A DNA stretch of 64,000 nt from an uncultured Clostridia bacterium (GCA_934749845.1 CAKVHQ010000006.1:6194-70193); one strand, 5' to 3'; counted from the first letter of the stretch, positions 9,229 through 18,494 are shown. The notes: generated by a model not told the origin, from the sequence alone. Numbers and translations: made by a program.

Positions 9229-10158
9229 TTAAATAATGTTTTTAACTTTGCTAAATTTATCCTGTTCTTCAAGTTTTTTTGGCATTATTATGTTTTGACC
9301 GTCACAATAATATCTCATTCCCAAACATTCGTAGTAAACAACATTTTTAAATATAATTATGGTTAGTAATGACATCGGCAAAATAATTACCAAAGCAACG
9401 CCAAATGTGAAAAATACTGCAAACATATTTAAAATGAAAAGTAAAACGGAAATAACTAAACTATTGCTGAAAATTGATAGAAATTTTCTGCATATAGCCT
9501 TTGTTCCCTTTTTAATTGCGGTAAACACGCCATAGTTGTTAACTGCCATTGAAACTTCCCAACCAGCAGTTATTGTGATTTTTAAAGCAATCATGAGTAA
9601 AACATACAAAATGCAAATTAAAGGTGCAATAAACGATTTGGATAGAAGGATATAAATTCCCACTGCACCAAAAGCGATAATTAAGTCCCAAATATAAATT
9701 GTAATAAGTTTAACCAAACCATATTTAACAGACTTTCCAAAATTTGCAACATAACAATTCATAAACCCAAGTTTTAAAGTTGTGCTCATAAACGAACGAA
9801 CATCGTCTGTTACTGGCAAAGTGCAAAGTCCGTCAACAAAATAATATAGCGTTACAGAAACTATGCCAACTGCTAAAAATAGAGGCATTAAGTTTGCGTT
9901 TACAATTATTTCATAAAACTTTTTTGCTATTAAAATTAAAATTTCAATCAAATTATTAAAATTAAAATTTAAAAACATTTTACTCAAGTTTTCTTGTAAA
10001 AATCCAAAAAATCCTTGATTTATCAGTGTATTGATTATAGGCAAAGAAACGACGGTTGTCAAGCCCATTATACAAATAAACACAATTATTTTGTACAAAA
10101 GGATTTTCCAAACCGAAGAAAAATTGTTAATTAAAAGTTTAAAAGTGTTTTTAAACAT
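9229..10158 (-). CDS. hypothetical polytopic membrane protein (309 aa)
   Basis: At least 6 hydrophobic helices, RBS AAGGTGA, no recognisable motif. Confidence 0.4.
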   Translation of the reverse strand: MFKNTFKLLINNFSSVWKILLYKIIVFICIMGLTTVVSLPIINTLINQGFFGFLQENLSKMFLNFNFNNLIEILILIAKKFYEIIVNANLMPLFLAVGIVSVTLYYFVDGLCTLPVTDDVRSFMSTTLKLGFMNCYVANFGKSVKYGLVKLITIYIWDLIIAFGAVGIYILLSKSFIAPLICILYVLLMIALKITITAGWEVSMAVNNYGVFTAIKKGTKAICRKFLSIFSNSLVISVLLFILNMFAVFFTFGVALVIILPMSLLTIIIFKNVVYYECLGMRYYCDGQNIIMPKKLEEQDKFSKVKNII

Positions 10159-10180
10159 ATCGTCACCTTATCTTTTGATA

Positions 10181-10996
10181 TCAATAGTTATAATATTTCC
10201 TATTGTCGTATCTGTTTATGTTTGAAAGTTCAAAGTATGAAGTCATGCAAAGCGAAGTGTAATAAATGAATAATAGTAAAACGCCCAAAATGTTTGTGAT
10301 ATATGCAAGGTTGCCCTTAAGTAAGCATGCAAGCGGAATTATAACCACAAAAGGTACAAGCATTGCAAGCAAGTAAGAGAAAGTGTTTTTGTTCATGAGT
10401 TTAATTGAATTTGCTATTGCCTGTTTTGTTGGGTATCCGCTAATAAGCATATTTGGAATGGTTAAAAATATAATTGATGTTATGAACATGAAAATTATAA
10501 ATTTAATCACGCACAAAATTACTGCCAAAACAATATTTAAAACTGTTGGTTGATTTCCTATTCCACTGCAAATTATATGAAGCAAAATAATTAAACCAGA
10601 AAGCAAAAATTGCAAAACAAACCAAATTAGCAAAATGATTGACAAGTTTACAATAACAACAAGGATATTGTTGTTTAGGTATTGGAACATGCTTTTGTAG
10701 TTGAGTTTTCCACTACGCATATGATTTTCCATTTGACCGATTGCAAGACTTACGAAAACTGAAAGTACGGCAATTCCAAGAACAACCAAAATTATTGGCA
10801 AAATTTTAAAATCAATTAAAGAATAAAAAATGTCGCCAAAACTTCTAACCGTTATTTTTGAATAGTTTGTCATAAATTCAAAAGTTTTGAATGGCGAAAG
10901 CAAACCGCCAAAATATGCGGTTGGAACAATCGCTAACAAAAAAATGTATAGAAAATTTTTAAAAATATAACCAAAACTTAATTTAACATATTTCAT
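10181..10996 (-). CDS. hypothetical polytopic membrane protein (271 aa)
   Basis: At least 6 hydrophobic helices. It sits directly upstream of the 9229 gene on the same strand. Confidence 0.4.
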   Translation of the reverse strand: MKYVKLSFGYIFKNFLYIFLLAIVPTAYFGGLLSPFKTFEFMTNYSKITVRSFGDIFYSLIDFKILPIILVVLGIAVLSVFVSLAIGQMENHMRSGKLNYKSMFQYLNNNILVVIVNLSIILLIWFVLQFLLSGLIILLHIICSGIGNQPTVLNIVLAVILCVIKFIIFMFITSIIFLTIPNMLISGYPTKQAIANSIKLMNKNTFSYLLAMLVPFVVIIPLACLLKGNLAYITNILGVLLLFIYYTSLCMTSYFELSNINRYDNRKYYNY

Positions 10997-11122
10997 AATT
11001 CTACCTGTATAAATTATATATCAAAAACAATTAAGTTGCAACAATTATTATTAAACAATCGGCAAAATAATTTAGTTAGACAATTTATTGACAAATTTTT
11101 TACTTTTTAAACTGATTAAATG

Positions 11123-11153
11123 CAAAAAAAGACGGCTTTTTAGCGCCGTCTTT
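11123..11153 (-). terminator. rho-independent terminator closing the phage-like operon
   Basis: Minus strand reads AAAGACGGCGCTAAAAAGCCGTCTTTTTTT (GACGGC/GCCGTC stem plus T-run), 18 nt after the last holin-like gene. Confidence 0.65.
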
Positions 11154-11170
11154 CCCTAGTTTGTCTATGG

Positions 11171-11461
11171 TTATTTTTGGTCTTTATCATCTTGGTTTGT
11201 GTGCTGTTGATTTTCACCTTCATTAGATTGTTCTAAATTTGTTTCATCGTTAGTTTTGTCGTTGACATTTTCTGTTTCATCTGTTTTTTTGTCTTTTTTT
11301 ATTATTCCCAAAGTAACGAAAATACCAAGCACCGCGGTTACAACGCTTGTTATTGCAACTTCGTCCACACTAAACCCGAATGTTGTGCCCAAAGTGTTTA
11401 TTAAAAGAATTATTGCTCCAAGTAAACTGATCCAAAAGGTATAATTTTTAAATTTTTTCAT
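11171..11461 (-). CDS. holin-like membrane peptide (phi-LC3/Phage_holin_1-like), 96 aa
   Basis: KNYTFWISLLGAIILLINTLGTTFGFSVDE...VVTAVLGIFVTLGII gives two TM helices around an FGF turn, followed by a highly charged C-terminal tail. It is the last gene of the late operon. Confidence 0.45.
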   Translation of the reverse strand: MKKFKNYTFWISLLGAIILLINTLGTTFGFSVDEVAITSVVTAVLGIFVTLGIIKKDKKTDETENVNDKTNDETNLEQSNEGENQQHTNQDDKDQK

Positions 11462-11711
11462 TTTTTTCTCCTTCTTGTTTATTTACTAAACTCACATTCT
11501 TTTTCTTGTTTTTATAAACCACTTGTTTAACTTCTTCAACTTCTTTTTTAATCTCGTGAACAACTCCCAAGTGGTCTGTTAAATCTTTGATTGTTTGTTG
11601 ATATTTGTTTTCTCTTTGTTTGCTGTCTTTAAGCACAAATATTAGCAAGCCCAAAAATAATACAGCCCATAGTCCGTTTTTTATTGCCAAGTCAAAAATG
11701 TCTTGCCACAT
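11448..11711 (-). CDS. BhlA/UviB-family holin-like peptide (87 aa)
   Basis: A single N-terminal TM with the family signature (NGLWAVLFLGLLIFVLKDSKQRENKYQQTI, compared with BhlA QGPFAVLFCWLLFYVMKTSKERETKLYNQI), followed by a coiled charged tail. Confidence 0.65.
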   Translation of the reverse strand: MWQDIFDLAIKNGLWAVLFLGLLIFVLKDSKQRENKYQQTIKDLTDHLGVVHEIKKEVEEVKQVVYKNKKKNVSLVNKQEGEKNEKI

Positions 11712-11717
11712 AACAAT

Positions 11718-11972
11718 TTAGGAAAAATTTTTTAAATTTATTAGTTTTTCAATATCATCTTGTTGAGGCTCTTTTTCTTCTTTAACATTTTCTTTTAAGG
11801 CTTCTTCGTTTGAGGAAATAATTTGCTCAAAACTTTTTACTATTTTGTCATGCTCCTCTTTTGTTAATCTTGAATCAAACATAAACAATTCTCCATTTTT
11901 TAAAATTTGTTTTAACCTTTGTCTTTCAAACTCTTTAACATATTGCGAAAAACTTTTAAATTGCATTTCCAC
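11718..11972 (-). CDS. hypothetical protein (84 aa), acidic/coiled
   Basis: Intact ORF overlapping the end of the 505-aa gene by 17 nt. No motif. Confidence 0.35.
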   Translation of the reverse strand: MEMQFKSFSQYVKEFERQRLKQILKNGELFMFDSRLTKEEHDKIVKSFEQIISSNEEALKENVKEEKEPQQDDIEKLINLKNFS

Positions 11973-13473
11973 TTTCCATAAGTTCGATATTCATCATCAA
12001 ATTGGAAATGTAGGCTTTCTCTTCATCGGTTTCAATTTTAAAACCAATTTGCTTTCCGCTTAATCTTACAGGAAACTTATTTAAAAGTTCGCTTCCACAA
12101 ACTTTAAATGACTTACTCTCTTTTTCGGTAAATATAGTCAAAGTGCAGTCGTATTTTGAAATTAAACTTATTTCCTTAACCAATTTCTTTTTGTTGGAAT
12201 AGCCTAAATCCGACAACGGCGAACACCAATATTTGTGAGTAGTTGCATTAAAAAATTTACCAGTTGTGCTAATTTCGCCCAGAACTCCACTATTCACTGT
12301 GTTATAGCAAAAAACCATTTTGTTCAAACTTTCAGATTGTAGCGAGATTAAATCGGCGATGTCTATTCCTCGAGTAATAGTGTAATCGCCTGTTTGAACA
12401 TCTAACAATAGCAAGGTGTTGTTTTTGTATGACGATTGGTTTTCGCAACCAATTTTTTTGTCGTCGCCATAATTAAGCCTGCAGGCTAGTGCATACTTGC
12501 CATTATGGAAACAAGCCTTTGCGTTTTTATTGTCCACATTTTCAAGCAATTTGCCAAATTTTAGGTCTATTTTTTTAGCAGTAACGCCATCAAACTTAAC
12601 AATTCCACCACGAGTTAACATAAACATTTGGTCGCCACAAATTTGTAAAGTGTCGGCATAAATTTTATTGCCGGACATGTACACATTTGATATTGAACGC
12701 ATGTCCTCGTAACAAGTGATTTTTAAAATATTGTAATCTCGAATTACATACATGTGACCTTGAAAGTTTATTAAACGATTGATTTTTCCCTGACCATCGT
12801 TAATTTCAAACGAACCCTCATCGTAGTCGGCGTTAGGTGTGTCAGTCCATTGTGTTAAGTGGTAGTTATTGCTGTAATTTATAAACTTCTGTTCCCCGCC
12901 TGTTATGTAATAAAGTTTGTTTTTGTAGTCACACAAACTAACAATTTTAGGGCAATTTTCAAATCTCATTGGAACGCCATCGCCATTCCAATAGCCTAAA
13001 TTATCAACTCCGCTAGAAACAATAACACTATCCAAATCAACAATTTTTGTGTTAAACATTTTAGGCTGTTTTGTGAATGCCAAGTGCGAAAGTTGAGTTG
13101 TGGTTGGATAAATGCTATTAAGCAAAATATACCAAACATAGCCATCACTTGCATAAAACAAAAGTTTGTCTGTATATTCATTTCTTGCTCTACTATAGTG
13201 TCCAAAATGCCATAGCGATTTTATTTCTTTATCAAAGTCATCATAGTAAATTCCTATTTGATTTTCTTCACTTTCTTTGCTTGTTGGTGTTGTGAAATTT
13301 TTAAAGCCTATTCCTTCTTTTAAAACGCCACTATTAAAATCAAAATTATAGCAAACGATGGCACTATCCATTGAGGTAATATTTTCGCCATAAGTAATGT
13401 CGAACCCACGAGCAAAATCATTGATTTTTAAAACAATTTTTTTGTTGCTATCATCTTTACTTATAATTGCCAT
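11956..13473 (-). CDS. hypothetical phage structural protein (505 aa), beta-rich; candidate tail, nozzle or receptor-binding component
   Basis: Largest unknown ORF downstream of the capsid genes. The ATG at 13473 is preceded by GAAGGTGG and overlaps the upstream stop as TAATG. The sequence is rich in aromatic/Gly beta-strand-like repeats. The function is inferred from position only. Confidence 0.4.
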   Translation of the reverse strand: MAIISKDDSNKKIVLKINDFARGFDITYGENITSMDSAIVCYNFDFNSGVLKEGIGFKNFTTPTSKESEENQIGIYYDDFDKEIKSLWHFGHYSRARNEYTDKLLFYASDGYVWYILLNSIYPTTTQLSHLAFTKQPKMFNTKIVDLDSVIVSSGVDNLGYWNGDGVPMRFENCPKIVSLCDYKNKLYYITGGEQKFINYSNNYHLTQWTDTPNADYDEGSFEINDGQGKINRLINFQGHMYVIRDYNILKITCYEDMRSISNVYMSGNKIYADTLQICGDQMFMLTRGGIVKFDGVTAKKIDLKFGKLLENVDNKNAKACFHNGKYALACRLNYGDDKKIGCENQSSYKNNTLLLLDVQTGDYTITRGIDIADLISLQSESLNKMVFCYNTVNSGVLGEISTTGKFFNATTHKYWCSPLSDLGYSNKKKLVKEISLISKYDCTLTIFTEKESKSFKVCGSELLNKFPVRLSGKQIGFKIETDEEKAYISNLMMNIELMESGNAI

Positions 13474-14099
13474 TATAGCCACCTTCTTGATTTAATTTTT
13501 ATTTCACCAACCTTTTTAAAATTGTTTGATAGTGACTTTTCAAACTTGGTTTGCCAAGCCTCACTTTCATCGGTAATACCCTTAATTAAACAAAACTGAC
13601 TGCATACACCATACGAAAGCGAAAGTATTGTTAAATTTCCGTTATGTGTTTCCAAATTGCTTGTGAAATCAACATCGCTAGGAAGATAGGCATACTTAAT
13701 TTTATATTTGCCATTATTAAGCACAATTTTATCCTTAACAAACGAATACTTAACAGGCTCGTCATTTTGCGTTATTTGTTTAACTTTATAAAGTTTTTGA
13801 GACAAAGTATCAATAGAAATTTCGCCATCTGTCACTTCTATTTCTTCTTCAAATAAAAGTGAATGGAAATCTGTGCAAATTTGCATTTGAGCGATGTTAA
13901 TGCAATCGAGAATTAGTTTCAAATCTTTTTCTGCCTGAATGGTTAAAAATTCGGGCAAATCTGTTTGAGTATCATCATGCAAGTAGCCTAAAAAAGTTGT
14001 TAAAGAAAGATTGTTTGTTTCGCAATATTCTGCGCATTTTTTATCATCACTTTCATTAAGTAATCTTGTAACTAATTTAATAACATCTAAAACTTTCAT
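13473..14099 (-). CDS. hypothetical phage protein (208 aa), candidate head-completion/adaptor protein
   Basis: The ATG at 14099 is preceded by TTAGGAGAATGT. It lies between the capsid genes and the 505-aa ORF. The function is by position only. Confidence 0.35.
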   Translation of the reverse strand: MKVLDVIKLVTRLLNESDDKKCAEYCETNNLSLTTFLGYLHDDTQTDLPEFLTIQAEKDLKLILDCINIAQMQICTDFHSLLFEEEIEVTDGEISIDTLSQKLYKVKQITQNDEPVKYSFVKDKIVLNNGKYKIKYAYLPSDVDFTSNLETHNGNLTILSLSYGVCSQFCLIKGITDESEAWQTKFEKSLSNNFKKVGEIKIKSRRWL

Positions 14100-14107
14100 A
14101 CATTCTC

Positions 14108-14512
14108 CTAAATCCATTTTGTTTTATAACTATCATTAAAATTCACATTTTCACCTGTCTTACTTTCGGCATACTTTAACATATCTTTGGCTTTAAAACT
14201 AGCTTCATCAAGCAAGCGATTTTGCTTTTCTGTTTCAAGTTTTTTATTGTTTTGCTCCATTTCATCCAATAGTTTTTTGTGATTTTCAACACTTGTTTTC
14301 AAAACCAAATCGAGTGTTCTTTTATCTAAATTTGTGTATGGCAAAACAAGTTGCAAAGTGTTTGTTGATGCTTTATGGTGAACTTCAAATTTTTTTGAAT
14401 TTAAGTTATAAACAATAAAATAATTTTTATCAATTTTTTTTAATCTTTTGATTATATTAAAAACATCATGCTTTATAAAAATTTTTCCCATTTCAATTAA
14501 CCAAAATGGCAA
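14108..14512 (-). CDS. hypothetical phage protein (134 aa or 127 aa from the ATG at 14491)
   Basis: Intact ORF directly after the capsid gene. The C-terminal half is a charged coiled coil. No motif. Confidence 0.35.
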   Translation of the reverse strand: MPFWLIEMGKIFIKHDVFNIIKRLKKIDKNYFIVYNLNSKKFEVHHKASTNTLQLVLPYTNLDKRTLDLVLKTSVENHKKLLDEMEQNNKKLETEKQNRLLDEASFKAKDMLKYAESKTGENVNFNDSYKTKWI

Positions 14513-14545
14513 GAAACTAAATTCCTTGCCATTTGATTACTCCTT

Positions 14546-15004
14546 TTAATTATTATCCGCCGTTGTTAAAGCAGAAACAATACCTGAAATTTTTGCTTGT
14601 CCTGCTGGTTTTGAACAAATTAAGTCGGCATATTTAACTAGGGTTGCTGAATATGTAGCATATCCTGCGTTTTGTTTAAGAACTTTGCCGTCCTCGCCTT
14701 CTAACCATTGCCAATCGCAAAGTTGATGAAGAGCAAATTCTTTAGTGTTAAGTAAAAACATAGTGCCGTTATCAATAAATCTATCTGCTACAACTGGAAT
14801 ACCACTGTAACTCATTGCCTTGTATCCACCTTGCAAGTCCATGATGTCGATGTTTCTTTTGTTTGTTGCAAGATAGTTTTGATACAATCTCTTAACATCA
14901 TAAGAGCATGCAATAAAGTCAACTGTACTTCCAACATTTTCGTCAAGAGTGTCGATTGCTTCTTGGATAACTGCGTCTGTTATCAATTTTTCTGTTCTGT
15001 CCAT
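14546..15004 (-). CDS. HK97-fold major capsid protein, C-terminal fragment (152 aa)
   Basis: GGYKAMSYSGIPVVADRFIDNGTMFLLNTKEFALHQLCDWQWLEGEDGKVLKQ...YSATLVKYADLICSKPAGQ matches my recollection of the C-terminal A-domain of Firmicutes-phage HK97-family capsid proteins. It is in the same reading frame as 15005..15733. Confidence 0.7.
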   Translation of the reverse strand: MDRTEKLITDAVIQEAIDTLDENVGSTVDFIACSYDVKRLYQNYLATNKRNIDIMDLQGGYKAMSYSGIPVVADRFIDNGTMFLLNTKEFALHQLCDWQWLEGEDGKVLKQNAGYATYSATLVKYADLICSKPAGQAKISGIVSALTTADNN

Positions 15005-15733
15005 TTATTTAACCATCCATGCATTTGCACTTCTGTCAACACCATAAAGTGTGCCAGTTGAAGCAAAAATTTTGCCAAGACCTGTTAATTCGTTGTCTTT
15101 TGAGCCTTGTACTGTGAAATAGCAGTTTGCAACGATAGAACTTGTTAAAGTTTTGTTAATTTTGATTGTTTTGTTTGCTCTATCAACAGCAATAACTCTA
15201 ACGCCTGCAAAACCTTCTACAACTGCATTTGCTGATGTGTAAGCATCAACAACCATGCCTTCGATAAAGTTTTTAACGCTATCCATTGTGATAACTTGAC
15301 CAGAAACACTTTTAATTGTTCCAAGTTTTCCAGAACCGTCACCATATAACATTCTTCCAAAGTTGAATGTGCTTGCCTTGATTAAGCCTTCCATTTCGGC
15401 ATTAAGCAAATTAACGAATGCGCCAACAGAGTGTTCGCTTGCTCTAACTGCTTTGTCTGTTAATTCAATTTTTCCGTACAAGTTTTTAAGTTCTGTTACA
15501 AATTTAACGTAACTGTTTCCTGCACTTTGTGGAAGTGCGCCATCTTCTGTACCTGCTCCAATACCGCCATTGATACCAAATGGTGCTAGTTTTACAATTT
15601 CTTTGCCATAAACATCTGCTGATGTTTGTTGAATTTTTGTGAGTAAAGGATTAACTTTGTCGTTTAATTGATTTGATACAACATCAAGATATATTTTCTT
15701 GAGTGCGTTGTCTGCACTTGATAATGTAACCAT
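15005..15733 (-). CDS. HK97-fold major capsid protein, N-terminal fragment (242 aa)
   Basis: Follows the scaffold gene and has a strong RBS (TAAGGAGAAAAATT-ATG). Its sequence (ELKNLYGKIELTDKAVRAS...NLLNAEMEGL...FGRMLYGDGSG) fits the N-arm, E-loop and P-domain part of such capsids. It ends at TAA 15007-15005. Confidence 0.7.
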   Translation of the reverse strand: MVTLSSADNALKKIYLDVVSNQLNDKVNPLLTKIQQTSADVYGKEIVKLAPFGINGGIGAGTEDGALPQSAGNSYVKFVTELKNLYGKIELTDKAVRASEHSVGAFVNLLNAEMEGLIKASTFNFGRMLYGDGSGKLGTIKSVSGQVITMDSVKNFIEGMVVDAYTSANAVVEGFAGVRVIAVDRANKTIKINKTLTSSIVANCYFTVQGSKDNELTGLGKIFASTGTLYGVDRSANAWMVK

Positions 15734-15744
15734 AATTTTTCTCC

Positions 15745-16395
15745 TTATTTATTATTCAAAAGTGCCACCATGTAGTCTCCCGCTTCCTTTATTGAAGATG
15801 GTTTGTTTTTTGGAGTGACCATAACATTGCCACCGCCATAATTGCTCATAAGTGGCACGCCTTTATTAGACACAATTTTAGATAAATAGTCACCTATTAT
15901 CTTTTCTTTAATGACTGGGTTAGTTAATATGTAGCCATCTATAAAATTTTGGTCGTTTGCTAACTCGTCATTAGTTTTAAATTTGCTTGCTTTAACTTTT
16001 TCGTAGGCAAGTTCAAGGGAGTTGTCGCTTGAGGCTAAAACTTTGTCGCTTGAAATTACTTTTGAAATGTCGTCGGCAAACTGTTTGGCAGTTGGGTTAA
16101 GTTCAAAAAAATTTTGAACTTTTTCCATCCAGCCATCTTGCATGTATTGTGGTGCGGAAGGTTTTTCTTCTGCATTGTCACCCACACGCTGTTTCAAATC
16201 TTTTAGTGCTTGACATTTTTTTGTAAATTCTTTTTCCAAATTTACATAGGCCTTTTCAAGTTCGCTAAAATTTTTGAATTTTGTAATTGAGGAGCCGTTA
16301 TCTCCAATTTGTTGAGCCATTTCTTCTTGCGTAAGTGCTGTCTCCTTGCTCTCAGTTTGGTTTAGTGGTTGTTCCTCGTTTATAATTTCTTCCAT
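15745..16395 (-). CDS. phage scaffolding protein (216 aa)
   Basis: Sits between portal and capsid. It has an acidic N-terminus and a helical KFKNFSELEKAYVNLEKEFTKKCQALKDLK segment typical of scaffold proteins. Confidence 0.55.
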   Translation of the reverse strand: MEEIINEEQPLNQTESKETALTQEEMAQQIGDNGSSITKFKNFSELEKAYVNLEKEFTKKCQALKDLKQRVGDNAEEKPSAPQYMQDGWMEKVQNFFELNPTAKQFADDISKVISSDKVLASSDNSLELAYEKVKASKFKTNDELANDQNFIDGYILTNPVIKEKIIGDYLSKIVSNKGVPLMSNYGGGNVMVTPKNKPSSIKEAGDYMVALLNNK

Positions 16396-16396
16396 A

Positions 16397-18271
16397 TTAT
16401 TCTCCTTGTTTCATCAATTTTTTGTGCTCATTTATATGTTCTAGAAAAATTTGTTTAATCTTTTCGTTATTTTTGAATTTTTCATATTCGCCACCAAGCA
16501 TAAATGCGATATGTTCATCCAAATGCAATTTATGGTCGTCTATAGTTAAAACTTCTTCTTTGCTTCCACCTAGCATAGCAAGATTTTCTTTGCCTGCTTT
16601 TCTCATGTGAAGTTCGGAAATATCATTTTGTGCTTCCCAAATTCCATAGCCAAGCATTTCAAGAGTTTTGCTTCTAACTCTGTTGGAAATTTTTCCGTTT
16701 TCATCGCTTAAAAGTCCTGCTTCTAACAATTTAAAAATCATATTTCTCTTTTGAGCCAAGGTGTCGCCTATTTCGTTAGCGGTTTCAAGTACAACATCGT
16801 CCGAACCAATATCACTGTTGTTAAAGTAGAACATCTCCACGCTTCCATCTTGACCGATTATCTTGCAAATTCGGCTTACTGAAGCGAACTGTTTGTATAG
16901 TTTCAAAATGTATTTGCCTATAAGTTTAGTTGCGGTTTTAATTTCATCGGCGGAGCAACTTAATCTATTGTTTTCTTGTTCAATTAAAATTTCAAGGGCT
17001 GTTCCTGACATATTATTTTTAATTAAACTTGAAGTGAGCATTGTTTCGGTTATTCCACTAATTTGAGTAAATTCGTTAATTAGTTTTTCTTCTTCGGTGT
17101 CAAATTCGGTTGGCATAGAGCCTTGGTCCATTATTTCTGGTTTGTTTGAACCTTGCCTATAAACAAGCACTTTGCCCGGGCTCATACCTTCTTCTTCCAA
17201 GTTGTCGGTGTCGATGCTTCCATCTTCAACTGTTAAAATGCCCATTGCCATGCGGTTTAAATATTCGTGCTTACGATTTTTAACCGCGTTATATGCTCGT
17301 TGAACAGGAATTAGCCTTTCAATTACGCTAACACCCCAAAAACTGTTTGGCTCGGCAATACATACTTGTTTAATAAATGGGAATCCTCGTTTGCTATCGT
17401 CTAAATTAACAAATGGGAGTTCTCCTAAATACAAAAGTTTGTCGCCTGCAATAATGGTTAATCTTCCGTTTGGCGCATCGCTTGTTGGTGCTTCATATTT
17501 TTCAATAACTAATGCGCTGTTTTCGGCTTTATGTCCAATAACTTTGTTGATTTGTGATGAATAGCCCAGTCCGCCAAGCGATGAAGAATTTGAATTAAGT
17601 GTGATGACATCAAGTTCTTCTGGCTCAACATCAACACCCCAAATGGTTTTAATTGTTCTAACATCATAGGTCTTTGCATGAATAATACTCATGCAATCTT
17701 CCACTTTTTCGCAAGAGTTATTGTCTGGGAAAATTTCGTAAGGTGGGCAAACTGTAATTTCAACATCGCCTTGCTTTATGCTTTTGCCATTTTCATCTTG
17801 ACCAACACAAAGCCCATGATTATAGTTCCAAGTAACTTTATAAAAACTTGTTCCGCAAATTTCGCTCCAATTTGTTGCTTGCGAAATTAAGTTGCTAACA
17901 TCTAATTTATAGTAAATGGAATTTAAAATGTTTTTGCTTACCTTTGCGGTGTTTAAATCGCTTTCACTATTGGTTGCTGGAACAACACTCATTTTTGGTC
18001 TTACTGTGGATAGTCTGCATTTTCGTGCTTCAATAATTGGTGCGATGTGGTTATAAACTTCTCTTTCTTGCCAAAAAAATTGTTTGTGAAAATCTTCAAC
18101 TTCGCCAAGACTTGTTATACCACAGTATTGATTTCCGTTTAAAAAATTCATGTTAAGTTGCCATTGTCTTTCATAAGATTTTCGCTTTTGCTGGCGTTTT
18201 AAAAAATCTTCTTTAACTGCTTTTACAATATCTTCTGCAAAGGTTAAATCTTGCTTTGTTTTTTTACTCAT
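16397..18271 (-). CDS. phage portal protein (624 aa)
   Basis: In the canonical position between the terminase and scaffold genes, with the size of a large (podovirus/P22-class) portal. It has a conserved-looking core (FWGVSVIERLIPVQRAYNAVKNRKHEYLNRMAMGIL). Confidence 0.65.
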   Translation of the reverse strand: MSKKTKQDLTFAEDIVKAVKEDFLKRQQKRKSYERQWQLNMNFLNGNQYCGITSLGEVEDFHKQFFWQEREVYNHIAPIIEARKCRLSTVRPKMSVVPATNSESDLNTAKVSKNILNSIYYKLDVSNLISQATNWSEICGTSFYKVTWNYNHGLCVGQDENGKSIKQGDVEITVCPPYEIFPDNNSCEKVEDCMSIIHAKTYDVRTIKTIWGVDVEPEELDVITLNSNSSSLGGLGYSSQINKVIGHKAENSALVIEKYEAPTSDAPNGRLTIIAGDKLLYLGELPFVNLDDSKRGFPFIKQVCIAEPNSFWGVSVIERLIPVQRAYNAVKNRKHEYLNRMAMGILTVEDGSIDTDNLEEEGMSPGKVLVYRQGSNKPEIMDQGSMPTEFDTEEEKLINEFTQISGITETMLTSSLIKNNMSGTALEILIEQENNRLSCSADEIKTATKLIGKYILKLYKQFASVSRICKIIGQDGSVEMFYFNNSDIGSDDVVLETANEIGDTLAQKRNMIFKLLEAGLLSDENGKISNRVRSKTLEMLGYGIWEAQNDISELHMRKAGKENLAMLGGSKEEVLTIDDHKLHLDEHIAFMLGGEYEKFKNNEKIKQIFLEHINEHKKLMKQGE

Positions 18272-18494
18272 ACTTACCTTCCTTTAATTTTTTTACAATT
18301 ACATTTTGTGGACTTTTTGGTGTTACAAATTTTCCAATATTTTTATACATTTTGTTTAAACAATCTTTGCACAAACAAAATTTTCTTTTAAAAATATTTT
18401 TGTATGTAACGCACACAGTTGCGATGTTTTTACAGTTGTCTTGACAACATTTTTTAATGTGCTTAACTTTTTCAATTTCAATTATCATTTTCAT
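18264..18494 (-). CDS. small Cys-rich (zinc-binding?) phage protein (76 aa or 74 aa)
   Basis: Eight cysteines (CCQDNC...C...CLCKDC). It overlaps the portal start by 8 nt. Confidence 0.35.
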   Translation of the reverse strand: MKMIIEIEKVKHIKKCCQDNCKNIATVCVTYKNIFKRKFCLCKDCLNKMYKNIGKFVTPKSPQNVIVKKLKEGKYE

